64,000 nucleotides of DNA from Candidatus Poribacteria bacterium. Lineage in GTDB: Bacteria > Poribacteria > WGA-4E > UBA9662. The stretch lies in the NCBI GenBank assembly GCA_036339735.1, contig JAYZAL010000026.1, positions 1 through 64,000 on the forward strand, given 5' to 3'. Made by a program: the position numbers and the translations under genes. Shown piece by piece: positions 1-9,936 of the stretch. How positions within the stretch are numbered: position 1 is the stretch's first letter; each line of letters opens with the position of its first letter. The notes beneath the pieces are model-generated. The model ran no database searches, had not been told where the DNA came from, and saw only the letters and a program-made list of their open reading frames with translations.

Positions 1-531
1 GACCTGATCGGACCGGATCTTTTAGGCATTAATACTCTATTCTTGTGGAAAGCGCCTAAAATCGGCCTAGGTTTCCCTTGGCATCAGGATAAATTTTACT
101 TTCGTAGTCGTTTTCGAACCAAAACTACTGTTGGAACGTGGACTGCCTTTGATGCTGCCGATCAGGATAATGGTTGTTTATACGTCATCCCTGGGAGTCA
201 TAAGGCAGATATCTTCCAGCATGATGATCTCGACGGCCCACAACAGCAAGAGTTCAAACTGGCTCGTGGAGTTAGAGATCAAGATGGAGTGCCTATCGAG
301 GTTGAACCGGGATCAGTAGTCTGGTTTCATAGCCATTTATTGCATAAGAGTACTGATAATCACAGTCAACGTTTTCGGCGTAGTTTTGTGGCTCACTATC
401 TGAGTGCTCAAGCTGAATGGTCAAGTCCGGATAAAGCTGGAAAAGGTCAGCCTGTAATGTGGATTCGTGGACAAACTTATGCTGACAAAATTTACCCCAC
501 TCAGATGGATGTATTACCAATGCCTTGGTGA
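1..531 (+). CDS. Phytanoyl-CoA dioxygenase (PhyH) family 2OG/Fe(II) dioxygenase, 5'-truncated by window edge
   Basis: Frame is open from base 1 (DLIGPDLLGINTLFLWK...). Motifs WHQD, NGCLYVIPGSH and distal LLHKS give the HxD...H triad. Confidence 0.9.
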   Translation, partial: DLIGPDLLGINTLFLWKAPKIGLGFPWHQDKFYFRSRFRTKTTVGTWTAFDAADQDNGCLYVIPGSHKADIFQHDDLDGPQQQEFKLARGVRDQDGVPIEVEPGSVVWFHSHLLHKSTDNHSQRFRRSFVAHYLSAQAEWSSPDKAGKGQPVMWIRGQTYADKIYPTQMDVLPMPW

Positions 532-729
532 ATACTAAACTGAAAATTCGAACAACATTATAATTAATTCCAACTTGTAAGTACTGTTAAATATATTCTG
601 ACTTCTAATCGTAAAAAATAACTTCTGACTAGGCTTTTGTTTAGTGTACCAAGTGGACAAATCTTCGAACTCCTCCTTTAACGGTTAATCTTTTCAATAG
701 AACTACCATGACGAAAAGAAACGAATAGT

Positions 730-1590
730 GTGATGTTGAGACAAAAACTAGGTTTAATCTTACTAACTACCTTTTTATTGGTTGGGTGCGAATCGACTGA
801 CGTAATGGAACAAGAATCTTTAGTTTCTGGAGCAGAGCCTAGGTTTGAAAAAATAACATGGGACAAAGACGGTTCCCAAATGGCTCTGATACCTGCAGGT
901 TCCTTTGCAATGGGGGATTCGAAAAATGAGCCAGAAAATTGGATGGAACGGTCAAGGCCTATACACACAGTACAACTAGACGCATTTTATATGGATATCC
1001 ATGAAGTGACAGTAGGTCAATTCAGGAATTTCGTCGAACTAAGCGGCTATCAATATGATGGTGATTGGGATGATATAGCTAAGTTTTCTCCAGGGAAAGA
1101 CTTTCCAATGGTACAGGTGAGTTGGAATGACGCTACAGCTTATGCCAAATGGTCTGGCAAAAGGTTGCCTACCGAGGCGGAATGGGAATATGCTGCGCGT
1201 GGTGGATTGTTAGGGAAACGGTATCCTTTAGGTGACGAACTAACAGATGATGATGCCAATTGGATGAATACGATGATAGGTAAAGATCAATGGAAATATT
1301 GTTCGCCCGTAGGTAGTTTTGAAGCTAACGGCTACGGATTATACGATATGGTTGGCAATGCGTTTGAGTGGTGTGCCGACTGGTATAGTAAGAATTACTA
1401 TAGCCAATCTCCAGTTGACAATCCTCAAGGACCGAGAACAGGAGAATTTAGGGTAGTGCGTGGTGGCTTTTGGAGTAACTATGAAAATATCTTATGGGTA
1501 GCTTTCCGGGATGGTATAGCTCCGTTTAATAAGATTGATGATCTTGGTTTTCGTTGTGTAGCAGCAGTTCCAACTGGAAAGTCGGACTAA
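730..1590 (+). CDS. FGE-sulfatase (SUMF1/formylglycine-generating-enzyme-like) domain lipoprotein
   Basis: Lipobox-like LLVGC; motifs F.MG, RLPTEAEWEYAARGG, NGYGLYDMVGNAFEWCADW, RVVRGG, LGFRCV. Confidence 0.9.
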   Translation: MMLRQKLGLILLTTFLLVGCESTDVMEQESLVSGAEPRFEKITWDKDGSQMALIPAGSFAMGDSKNEPENWMERSRPIHTVQLDAFYMDIHEVTVGQFRNFVELSGYQYDGDWDDIAKFSPGKDFPMVQVSWNDATAYAKWSGKRLPTEAEWEYAARGGLLGKRYPLGDELTDDDANWMNTMIGKDQWKYCSPVGSFEANGYGLYDMVGNAFEWCADWYSKNYYSQSPVDNPQGPRTGEFRVVRGGFWSNYENILWVAFRDGIAPFNKIDDLGFRCVAAVPTGKSD

Positions 1591-1944
1591 CTTGGATGGA
1601 ACTACAAAACCTTTTAACATCATGAAACGCGTGTTCTCTTAATGAAATAATTGAAGTCGTATTTCCTGGTTAGATCACTTACCTCTGATCTTCATTAGGT
1701 AGCTGAAACTTTTCTGATTGCATTCATCGATTCATACTTGGTTGGGCTGAATACTTTGACTTTCTGTTTCTACACTGGCATGATTGGAAAGCCAACTACT
1801 AATCACGACATCTTTCATTAATATAAACCATGGGTATTAGTTTCCAGATGGGGTGTTACCATTGATATGATGGTAGACTTCTGAAAGATTATACTTTCGA
1901 TTGTGATAAAACAGACAACGACAACGAAAAGAGAGCCGTAAACT

Positions 1945-2364
1945 ATGAGTGACCCCAAACAACTATACGAAGGAAAAATCAACGAAACACGAGAAGAAAG
2001 AGAAGCACTAATTGAAATCATGACCTCTCTTTCAAAAAAACATACGTCATCTATGGAAGAAGGTCAAAATCTGAAATTCCTAGAGATGAAGATCGCTAGC
2101 GAATTTGCCAGTCAAGAACAAGAGCAAGCGTATGAAAATCTTCATTTGGAAAACACGTATGCCAAATCAGCCTTCAACACTGCTACTTTTCAAACGGTGC
2201 TAAGTATCCTTGACCTGGCATATGATATTTTGAATTATGATTCCTTGTCTGATGATATTGACTGTGCTAAACGTTACTTGAATTCCATTACCAAAAAGCG
2301 AGAAGCCGATATTCAGAGCCTGTTATCAGACTCTCCAGTACCTCCTCGTCAATCAAAAAAATAA
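1945..2364 (+). CDS. Hypothetical helical, acidic protein (139 aa)
   Basis: ATG start with purine-rich AAGAGAG upstream; protein-like composition; no family recognised. Confidence 0.65.
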   Translation: MSDPKQLYEGKINETREEREALIEIMTSLSKKHTSSMEEGQNLKFLEMKIASEFASQEQEQAYENLHLENTYAKSAFNTATFQTVLSILDLAYDILNYDSLSDDIDCAKRYLNSITKKREADIQSLLSDSPVPPRQSKK

Positions 2365-2382
2365 TACTACTGATTTCGCATC

Positions 2383-2438
2383 TCGGGTTATCTTTACTAT
2401 TGGATTTATTACTGTATATATCCAGAGTAAATACCCGA
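2383..2438. repeat. Imperfect inverted repeat (long hairpin) downstream of the 1945-2364 gene
   Basis: Arms TCGGGT..TTTACT..TGGAT pair with ATCCA..AGTAAA..ACCCGA. Confidence 0.5.
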
Positions 2439-2677
2439 AAGATTACAAATTTTCACATTATATTTCGGTTATCCCCACGGTATATTGTAGAAACGCTATT
2501 GTTCACTAAATAATTAAGTTAAATGTATCGATGCCGGTCGGTAACTAGCTAACAATTGCTATTGAGCCCTGACTAAAAGCTTGTTTTATTTGAAATCCTT
2601 TTTCTTTCTTCGGTCGACACCAAAAATCAGCCAACATATCACCTCTAAATTCATCAAAGATGAGCTAAAAGCAATTT

Positions 2678-3424
2678 ATGTCTTCATTGGAACTTTCAGA
2701 ACAACAAATACAACACTTTAAAACTCACGGCTTTCTGATTTTGAGGAATCTGATTGATCAATCTTCTCTTGACCAATGGCGAAAGCAAATCTGGTACGAA
2801 CTGGAGGCTTGTTTGAATCAGGTAGAAAGTTGGCCTAGAAATCGAAGTGGATTGGATGGTTACCAGTACAACCCACCAGAATCAGCTTTAGTCCACCATC
2901 CGGCTCTAACCCGCATTATACAACAATTAGGCGGCGGGAAATTTATTGCCGGTGATGGTATCCCTATCATTCGTTGGCCGGAGCCAGAAAAAAAATGGCA
3001 GATGCCTAAGTCCGGGCATATTGATGCTTACGGAGGAAAATGGTTACCCTTTATGATTGGAGCTACCACTTACTTGTATGATGTTGAACCAAGAGGTGGA
3101 AGTTTCATATTTTGGCCTGATAGTCACCATGCTGCCCATCGATACTTTCGACAAAATCCAGCTCATGTAGACGGTAGCTTCATGAGAGAAGAAGGATTCG
3201 CTTGGGACGTTTTCTGTGATAACCCAGAGACTGGAGGTAGAGAATTCATAGCTAGTGCCGGTGATGTGGTACTTTGGCACTCGTATCTGACTCATGAGGG
3301 GTCAGTGAATATCAATAATTCGCCACGGATAGCACTATTTGCGCGTTGGGATCATCAGCGAAGAGATGAAACTGCATTTCGGTACGAAGTACCAGAAGAT
3401 CTGTGGAAATATTGGGCGGTGTAA
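2678..3424 (+). CDS. PhyH family 2OG/Fe(II) dioxygenase
   Basis: N-terminal 'QIQHFKTHGFLIL'; GHID; GGSFIFWPDSH; AGDVVLWHSYLTH. Confidence 0.88.
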   Translation: MSSLELSEQQIQHFKTHGFLILRNLIDQSSLDQWRKQIWYELEACLNQVESWPRNRSGLDGYQYNPPESALVHHPALTRIIQQLGGGKFIAGDGIPIIRWPEPEKKWQMPKSGHIDAYGGKWLPFMIGATTYLYDVEPRGGSFIFWPDSHHAAHRYFRQNPAHVDGSFMREEGFAWDVFCDNPETGGREFIASAGDVVLWHSYLTHEGSVNINNSPRIALFARWDHQRRDETAFRYEVPEDLWKYWAV

Positions 3425-3630
3425 TGATCTCGTCAACATAGGCTGTTTTGAAATCAAGCTCAAGTTTTCCGTTTTGGTCTGAGTCTATCGTCCTAGTCCT
3501 TCTATTGCATCCCCGTCATTTTTTAATATTTGAGTTATGATCAAATAGGCACGCGTCTATGCTGGTTAGCCAGGTTTTTACTGGACTAACTAAATCCTTT
3601 CCGTCTTATGTTTCACATGTTAAATTGGGG

Positions 3631-3648
3631 TGATTGGTATACCAATTT
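3631..3648. promoter_or_regulatory. Candidate GntR/FadR-subfamily (UxuR/ExuR-like) operator
   Basis: TGATTGGTATACCAATTT contains a perfect 14-bp palindrome ATTGGTATACCAAT (3633-3646) and matches the UxuR/ExuR consensus AAATTGGTATACCAATTT at 16/18. Confidence 0.6.
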
Positions 3649-3652
3649 GGAT

Positions 3653-3680
3653 TTGATATGATGCGGTTGATTGTTATAAT
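3653..3680 (+). promoter_or_regulatory. Putative sigma70 promoter with extended -10
   Basis: TTGATA (3653-3658), 16-nt spacer, TATAAT (3675-3680) preceded by TGn. Confidence 0.55.
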
Positions 3681-3867
3681 CACCACATGATTCATTAAGA
3701 CTTATTTGTTGTCGGCCAAAGCAAATAGTGCTAGAATGTCGCAATTTCACCCACAGGCAAAGAGGTTAAGACAACCAAGATGGCTTGCCAATTCTGAAGC
3801 TATTAGTCTCAGAAACAAATTGTATTTAAGAGCTGGATAAAATTATGATTTTACCAGCGCCAGGGTA

Positions 3868-5070
3868 TTGAAAAAAACTACACCAGATAAATTTACCATG
3901 ACAACACAAACAAGTTTCTATAAACATCCTGACCTCCCTTACTCTATTAGTACTGGTATCCCTGAACATGGCCATGCTGAAATCGAAGGCTACTTAAAAT
4001 CACTACGTGTTCAAGGTTTCTGCGTCATCGATCGTGTGATCCCTGAAAACGAAGTTGCCATGGCTCGTGAAAATGTCCTCAGCGGGCGTCAATTGTTGCA
4101 GAAAGATCGTGAGCTTGAAAGGCGAAAACGCATTGATTTGGAACACCAAGCCAATTCTAGTGATGATAAAAACGATAATCCCAACAGGTTGGACAACTGG
4201 CATTCAAACCCAGCTCGTCCACCATTGCCACCACATGCTGAAATTTGTGATATTGCTCGGTGTGAGATATTTGCCGAGTATCTAGCTGCACCACGTATGC
4301 TTGAATTGGCTAGAGCTATGCTCGGGCCACACATTCGTATTATGCAGACTGAAGTCAACAAGTCTTCCCGGCCAGCCAGAAAACCAATCTCTGAGGACCA
4401 ATTGAAGCGCCGCGGCTGGCACTCGGACTGGCCACATGACTTGACTGCCTACGGCCCTAATACAGAGCAGCCTTGGAAGCACTGCGGTGCAGTTGCACAA
4501 CCTTTCCCTGATGTTTGTATGGCCTTGTCAACAGTATGGTACCTAGGCCCTGAGGATGTAACCCCCTTTAACGGTGGAACGTGGGTGGTACCTGGATCCC
4601 ACAAGGATCCACGTAACCCACGTGGCCCCGATGATGGTATCGACCAATGGTCGCCTATCCCCGGAGAATTTCAAATTTCTGCACCGGCTGGATCAGTTTA
4701 CATACAGGACTCCCGAGTCTGGCATTCAACCACACTCAACCAAAGTGATTACGAACGTACAGGAGTAGTCTGCCGTTATGCACCCTGGTGGTTGTCAGGT
4801 AATGAATTTGCTAATTTACACTCAGGCGGGCATACATTACGTACCTATGTGCCACAAGACGTTTACCAGAAATTCTCTCCAGAATTACAATTGCTTTATC
4901 GTCATTTGGCCGAAGGTGAGATGGATACCCTACAGCCAGGTAGTCAAAGTGATGCTGTTCGGGCTCAATCTCTACGGCACTCGGAGGAAACTGCTGGCAA
5001 CAGCCATCTGGTTGTTGGTGGTATGAGCATAGAGGAGTGGGAAAGCCGCAGGAGTCAGCGTAAAATCTGA
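3868..5070 (+). CDS. PhyH family 2OG/Fe(II) dioxygenase (long form; start may be ATG 3898)
   Basis: GFCVIDRVIP; GWHSDWPH; NGGTWVVPGSH; AGSVYIQDSRVWH. Confidence 0.88.
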   Translation: MKKTTPDKFTMTTQTSFYKHPDLPYSISTGIPEHGHAEIEGYLKSLRVQGFCVIDRVIPENEVAMARENVLSGRQLLQKDRELERRKRIDLEHQANSSDDKNDNPNRLDNWHSNPARPPLPPHAEICDIARCEIFAEYLAAPRMLELARAMLGPHIRIMQTEVNKSSRPARKPISEDQLKRRGWHSDWPHDLTAYGPNTEQPWKHCGAVAQPFPDVCMALSTVWYLGPEDVTPFNGGTWVVPGSHKDPRNPRGPDDGIDQWSPIPGEFQISAPAGSVYIQDSRVWHSTTLNQSDYERTGVVCRYAPWWLSGNEFANLHSGGHTLRTYVPQDVYQKFSPELQLLYRHLAEGEMDTLQPGSQSDAVRAQSLRHSEETAGNSHLVVGGMSIEEWESRRSQRKI

Positions 5071-5380
5071 GACAGTCTAATGAAATACCGATACCAAACT
5101 AATTAATGAACCGTGGCAACCCAGGTTAGTTTCTGCTTCTTTACGTAGGTATATTGGAAACACTAGTCTTTGACTGTGTGTTTTCCGAATGACAACATTC
5201 AAAGGATTTCCATTGAGATCTTCGTAACCGTTAAACTCGAGAGCGCCTTATGTTTGGTCTTGTTTCTTGGAACTGGGTCATTTGATCTTCTCTATGAGTC
5301 GAAAGAATAATCTTCATTCACTCCATTAAATAGTGATACCATCAAAAAGCTAAATATATCTTTGTGGGAGATGCATCTAT

Positions 5381-6313
5381 ATGGATCGAGAATCGTTTCG
5401 CCAATTACTACTTGAAGGTCTTGGCGGAGAGTGGCCAACAGATACAAATCTAGAGGTACAAATCTCAAACAGTATTGATGCAGATGGTTACAATATCGAG
5501 TGCCTCCGTTACCAGTCGGAGCCTAACGATTGGGTACCCGCATACCTGCTGATTCCAAGTGGAGTCTCAGCTCAACGGCCAGCTCCGGGTATTGCTGTCT
5601 GGCATCAACACGCTGGCCAATATCACTTAGGTAAAAGTGAGCCTGCCGGGTTGGCTGGTAACCCTATGCATCATACTGGTGTTGCTCTTGCTCGCGCAGG
5701 CTATGTGGTCATTTGTCCTGATGCGCTTTGTTTTGAAGAACGAAGAGATCAAAAATTGAATGATGGTGACTACGAACGATTTGAATTTCTTAGGTATGTG
5801 GTCAATGGTCAGTCATTAGCTTGGAAAAATATCCTAGACATGAAACGAGCCATTGACCTACTCAGCCAACGACCAGAGGTTTTGTCCGATAGATTAGGCT
5901 GCTATGGCCATTCGATGGGGGCTACTCATACCTGGTTGGTTGGCCCTTGGGATGAGCGATTGAAATGTTTGGTTGGAAACTGCTGTTTGCCAACCTATGA
6001 AGCTGTTCATCGTCATCGTTTACTTCACTGTTTCCCTAATTTTATACCTGGACTAGGGGGTTACGGGGATACGCCGGATATTGCAGCTTTAATTGCTCCG
6101 CGTCCACTTCATCTCAATTTTGGCGAGTTAGACGGTGGCAGTCCAATTGAAGAAGTGAAAAAAGCCGTAGGTGTGATTTCCGAAGCTTATACCCAACAGA
6201 ATGCGTCTGATAAATTTTCTTGCTATATTGAAGCAGGAGCTGGGCACATTCTGTCAAGTGAGATGTGGAAACGAACCAAGGAATGGTTTGATCGATACCT
6301 TTTACCTGATTAA
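5381..6313 (+). CDS. Alpha/beta hydrolase (dienelactone hydrolase / acetylxylan-esterase-like)
   Basis: Nucleophile elbow GHSMG; VPAYLLIP; ALIAPRPL; C-terminal GAGH; GGGAG RBS upstream. Confidence 0.85.
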   Translation: MDRESFRQLLLEGLGGEWPTDTNLEVQISNSIDADGYNIECLRYQSEPNDWVPAYLLIPSGVSAQRPAPGIAVWHQHAGQYHLGKSEPAGLAGNPMHHTGVALARAGYVVICPDALCFEERRDQKLNDGDYERFEFLRYVVNGQSLAWKNILDMKRAIDLLSQRPEVLSDRLGCYGHSMGATHTWLVGPWDERLKCLVGNCCLPTYEAVHRHRLLHCFPNFIPGLGGYGDTPDIAALIAPRPLHLNFGELDGGSPIEEVKKAVGVISEAYTQQNASDKFSCYIEAGAGHILSSEMWKRTKEWFDRYLLPD

Positions 6314-6483
6314 TAAATTAGGGTTACGCATCGACGAATATTGAATAATTTATTACCCTAGAATGAGCTTTTAACCGATAATCAGATTATTACGGTTAGG
6401 TCTAGAAGGGAAATAATCAAATAGATTCCCAATATTCTGATCTGTGTTGTTGTTTTTTAGTAGGAAGTGAGATCGCAGACTAA

Positions 6484-7329
6484 GTGGTTTTTTCTATGAA
6501 TATTGTTGATACTCATGCTCATATATATTCTGAGGATGTTGACCAATATCCCCAAATTTCCGAGCCCTATTTGCCACCTACTGGTCACGGTACGATAGAA
6601 CATCTGAAAGAAGAAACCGAAAGAAATAGTATTAATAGAGTGGTCGTGGTTCAAACCTTCACTGCTTATCAGCATGATAATCGATTGCTGATTGATACGG
6701 TGGAAAGAAATAGGCATTGGTTGACGGGTGTACTTAACCTGGACCCTTTTGATATTGAGTCAGTCGAAATAATGAAATCAGCTAGACAGGTTGGTGTGGT
6801 TGGCAATCGAGTCTCGGAAGGTTGGACTACAGATGGTACAATTCGGCCAGAACATGACCGCTTATGGTCTACAGCCCACGAACTAGGAATGGTGATTTGT
6901 GCTTTACTAAATCCGCCCAACTGTCAATCCTTAGCCAATTTATTGGAGGCTTACCCTGAAGTACCAGTGGTTTTAGATCACTGTGCTAACCTCAAGTCAT
7001 CTGACTCATACCAATCTAACAATTTACAAACCGTCTTGGATTTGGCTCAGTTTAGCAACCTATACGCCAAACTTTCTTTTTTGGTTACGGGTTCAATCGA
7101 AGACTTCCCTTGCTCAGACATGTTTTCCATAACTCGACAGATTATAGAAGCTTATACGCCCGATCGCTGTATCTGGGGCAGCGACTTTCCAACGACTCTA
7201 TGGATTCCGAAAGTCACTTACCAACAACATCTTCAAATCTTTGATCAACATCTGAACCTCTCGAGATCTGAGAAAACAGCGATCTTGGGAGACACTGCTA
7301 TGCAACTGTGGTTTTCATTAGAAAAGTAA
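6484..7329 (+). CDS. Amidohydrolase_2 family protein (sugar lactonase-like; likely start ATG 6496)
   Basis: IVDTHAH metal motif; VVLDH; NLYAKLS; RCIWGSDFP. Confidence 0.87.
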   Translation: MVFSMNIVDTHAHIYSEDVDQYPQISEPYLPPTGHGTIEHLKEETERNSINRVVVVQTFTAYQHDNRLLIDTVERNRHWLTGVLNLDPFDIESVEIMKSARQVGVVGNRVSEGWTTDGTIRPEHDRLWSTAHELGMVICALLNPPNCQSLANLLEAYPEVPVVLDHCANLKSSDSYQSNNLQTVLDLAQFSNLYAKLSFLVTGSIEDFPCSDMFSITRQIIEAYTPDRCIWGSDFPTTLWIPKVTYQQHLQIFDQHLNLSRSEKTAILGDTAMQLWFSLEK

Positions 7330-7380
7330 TTTAGAATCCATAATCTTTCAGCTAATTTATCAGGATCAGGGAGAACCTCG

Positions 7381-8496
7381 GTGATTATTAAACAAATTAA
7401 ACCATTTTTGGTTGATCGCTTTTTATTGGTTCGTGTCTATACCGATCAAGGTATTGTCGGCAATGGAGAGGCTGGACTTTGGGCGCACCAACAAACGGTT
7501 TACCACGCCATCCAAGAACTAAGTGCCTATTATATTGGCCAAGATCCAACCCGAATTGAGCATCATTATCAGGCTGTTTCTAGAAATACACACTTTATGG
7601 GATCCGTTTTAAGTGCGGCTATGAGTGCCATCGATGTAGCTCTATGGGACATCCTGGGTAAGTCAGTAGGTTTACCCGTTTATCAACTACTGGGTGGTAA
7701 GTGCCGGGACAAGATCAAAGTCTTCAATAATGTCTCTGGTAATACTTTGGCCGACCGTGCTGAAAGTGCGGTACAAAACGTCGCCGCTGGATTCTCCTCT
7801 TTGCGTACAACTCCCTTTTTCCCGAATTGGCAACATCAGAATTCCACACAGGTCATTACGTCGGCTATCGAAATTGTTGATACCATTCGCCAAGCTATCG
7901 GTTACGATGTTGACTTAGGGCTAGAGATTCACCGTAACCTTTCTCCCAACGATGCGGTTATTTTGGCCAACGAATTAGCACCTTTCCGGATTCTTTATTA
8001 CGAAGACCCGCTAGCTCCACAGAGTATTGACGCGTTGGATTACGTTGCCCAGCACTGTAATATTCCAATTGCCACTGGAGAGCGATTTTATAGTCTGCAA
8101 CAATTTAAAGAATTGATTGATCGGAAAACTGTTAGCTTGATTCGGCCCGACGTGTCTCTAGCTGGTGGTTTTACCCAGAATAAGAAAATTTCTGCTTTGG
8201 CCGAAGCTAACTTTATCGGTGTTTTTCCTCATCTGATGGGCAGTCCCGTCAACACTGCAGCTTTCGCTCAACTAGTGACGTCTATTCCTAATTATGTGTT
8301 AATGGAAAGTAATCTTGGGTCAGAGGTTTTTAACCAAATTGTCGATCTGCCAATCAAACGTGAGGGTGGCTATTTATACGTGTCCAACCGACCCGGCATT
8401 GGTCTCGAAATTGATGAATCGCAACTTGATAAATTTCCCTTCCAATCGAGACAGATCAATGGGAATTTGAGTTCCGATGGTAGTATAGCTCACTAA
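7381..8496 (+). CDS. Mandelate racemase/muconate lactonizing enzyme family, galactonate-dehydratase-like acid-sugar dehydratase
   Basis: VRVYTDQGIVGNGE; SAIDVALWDILGKSVGLPVYQLLGG; EDP; PIATGERF; RPDVSLAGG; RPGIGLEID; AGGGAG RBS. Confidence 0.9.
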   Translation: MIIKQIKPFLVDRFLLVRVYTDQGIVGNGEAGLWAHQQTVYHAIQELSAYYIGQDPTRIEHHYQAVSRNTHFMGSVLSAAMSAIDVALWDILGKSVGLPVYQLLGGKCRDKIKVFNNVSGNTLADRAESAVQNVAAGFSSLRTTPFFPNWQHQNSTQVITSAIEIVDTIRQAIGYDVDLGLEIHRNLSPNDAVILANELAPFRILYYEDPLAPQSIDALDYVAQHCNIPIATGERFYSLQQFKELIDRKTVSLIRPDVSLAGGFTQNKKISALAEANFIGVFPHLMGSPVNTAAFAQLVTSIPNYVLMESNLGSEVFNQIVDLPIKREGGYLYVSNRPGIGLEIDESQLDKFPFQSRQINGNLSSDGSIAH

Positions 8497-8688
8497 CTTC
8501 TTCGAATCTTAGTTTTGGTTTTGTGTCAGCCACACCTAATCTAGCTATCGTCTTCAGCCAAGCTAACACTACCAGTAATCGTATCAATGCAGAAATTTAT
8601 TTCACGTTGACTAACGAGCGGAACATTGATCTAGCTCAGAAAACTAAAATATCAATTGTAGTAATAAATTCGATATATACAATACAGA

Positions 8689-9936
8689 TTAAAATCTAGG
8701 TACAGTCAAGTCTACTGTTTCAACCTTAGAAACCCGAGCGGTTGCTTTCTCGTGATCTACTGCGATATGTACCTGAATTCCAGTTCTGCCTTCTATGACT
8801 GATTCCTTGAATGTTTTTGCTCGATCTAGAGGAATTGCCAGTTGCCAGCGATAAGGGGGCACAACACTGGATTCATTAACTTTCACAACTGCATTAGGAA
8901 AAATCTCTTTCTCCGCATCGTATTTGCCAAAATCAAATTCGAATTGGGTCTTATCCAAAATAAATTCTGTTCTTATAGAGGCTAGTTGACTCTGGTATTT
9001 TTTAGACTGAGCATCTATTCGTGCAGCCGCAGAATTTTGAATAGCCTTTTTGTCCATCTCATATTTTTGTTTGTTTTCTAAATCTTTCTGTTGGGTCTCC
9101 TTGACCCGTTTCTCATACATAGCCCGATTCTCGAATTCACCCTTAGGCATTATCTTTGTTGGCAAAGGTTTAACCAAACTCGCAATCTCTTTTTCTATTT
9201 CCGTGTTGACTTCTGAATCTAACATTTCGATCTTTTCTCTTATGTTTTTAACTCTATTTAGTAGTGAGCTAATAACCCCAGCCTTATATTCGTCCAGTGC
9301 TCTAGAGGCCTCGGGTGTATCAATTCTCCCTAAAGCACTTATGACATTTTCTCTAATTACTTCATTGGAGTCATACAAAGCGTCCATCAAAACAGTAGTA
9401 GCTTCTTTTGCTCCTGACCCAATTCGAGACAGTGCTTCAGTAATAATCAACCGGGTTTTGAGATCATTGTTAGAAGTTAATAGAGGTATTAATTCTGGGA
9501 CAGCGAGTTCTCTCAGTGAAACTAAGGCATCCAAACTACTTCGCTGAGTGAATTCAATCCTATCTCCCAAAGACAACTCTATCAATTCAGGGATTGCATT
9601 TGCGACGTTAGGATCTTCGATCTTAGATAGCGCAAAGGCTGCACTTCCGCAAACTATATCTTCTTCATCTTTTAGGAGGTCAATCAAAGAAGGAACAGCT
9701 GATGATGCGGGTTTCCCTATTTCAGCCAGAGCTAGGGCGGCCTTGCGTCTAACTTCGGGTTGTGGACTTTTAAGTTTGACTTCGATCCGCTTAACTTTTT
9801 GTTCTGTTCCACAACCTAGTAATACGAAACTGACGACGAAAAACAGTGAGAAAAGAAATCTAATTGTCTTTACAAAAGAACATTTTGAATCTTTAAACTT
9901 CATACATTGATCCATGTCAATTAACTCCCAAAACAC
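8689..9936 (-). CDS. HEAT-repeat lipoprotein with C-terminal coiled-coil/unknown domain
   Basis: Hydrophobic signal ending VLLGC; repeats VRRKAALALAEIG, AAFALSKI, ITEALSRIG, VISALGRI; later KGEFENRAMYEKR. Confidence 0.8.
   Translation of the reverse strand: MFWELIDMDQCMKFKDSKCSFVKTIRFLFSLFFVVSFVLLGCGTEQKVKRIEVKLKSPQPEVRRKAALALAEIGKPASSAVPSLIDLLKDEEDIVCGSAAFALSKIEDPNVANAIPELIELSLGDRIEFTQRSSLDALVSLRELAVPELIPLLTSNNDLKTRLIITEALSRIGSGAKEATTVLMDALYDSNEVIRENVISALGRIDTPEASRALDEYKAGVISSLLNRVKNIREKIEMLDSEVNTEIEKEIASLVKPLPTKIMPKGEFENRAMYEKRVKETQQKDLENKQKYEMDKKAIQNSAAARIDAQSKKYQSQLASIRTEFILDKTQFEFDFGKYDAEKEIFPNAVVKVNESSVVPPYRWQLAIPLDRAKTFKESVIEGRTGIQVHIAVDHEKATARVSKVETVDLTVPRF

Noticed and set aside
5100-5150. 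ATGAACCGTGGCAACC resembling part of a SAM-I riboswitch
   Set aside because: There is no upstream ATCxAGAG/GAGGGA core or matching P1 helix.
6372-6398. Small hairpin whose left arm (AACCGATAATCAGATT) resembles 10182-10197 at 14/16
   Set aside because: A match this short is expected by chance in AT-rich intergenic DNA; no further copies were seen.
9050-9910. Two long consecutive plus-strand ORFs (165 and 120 aa)
   Set aside because: They are antisense shadows of the HEAT-repeat gene with Ser/Ile/Leu-biased, non-protein-like sequence. The same applies to most short overlapping ORFs in the track.
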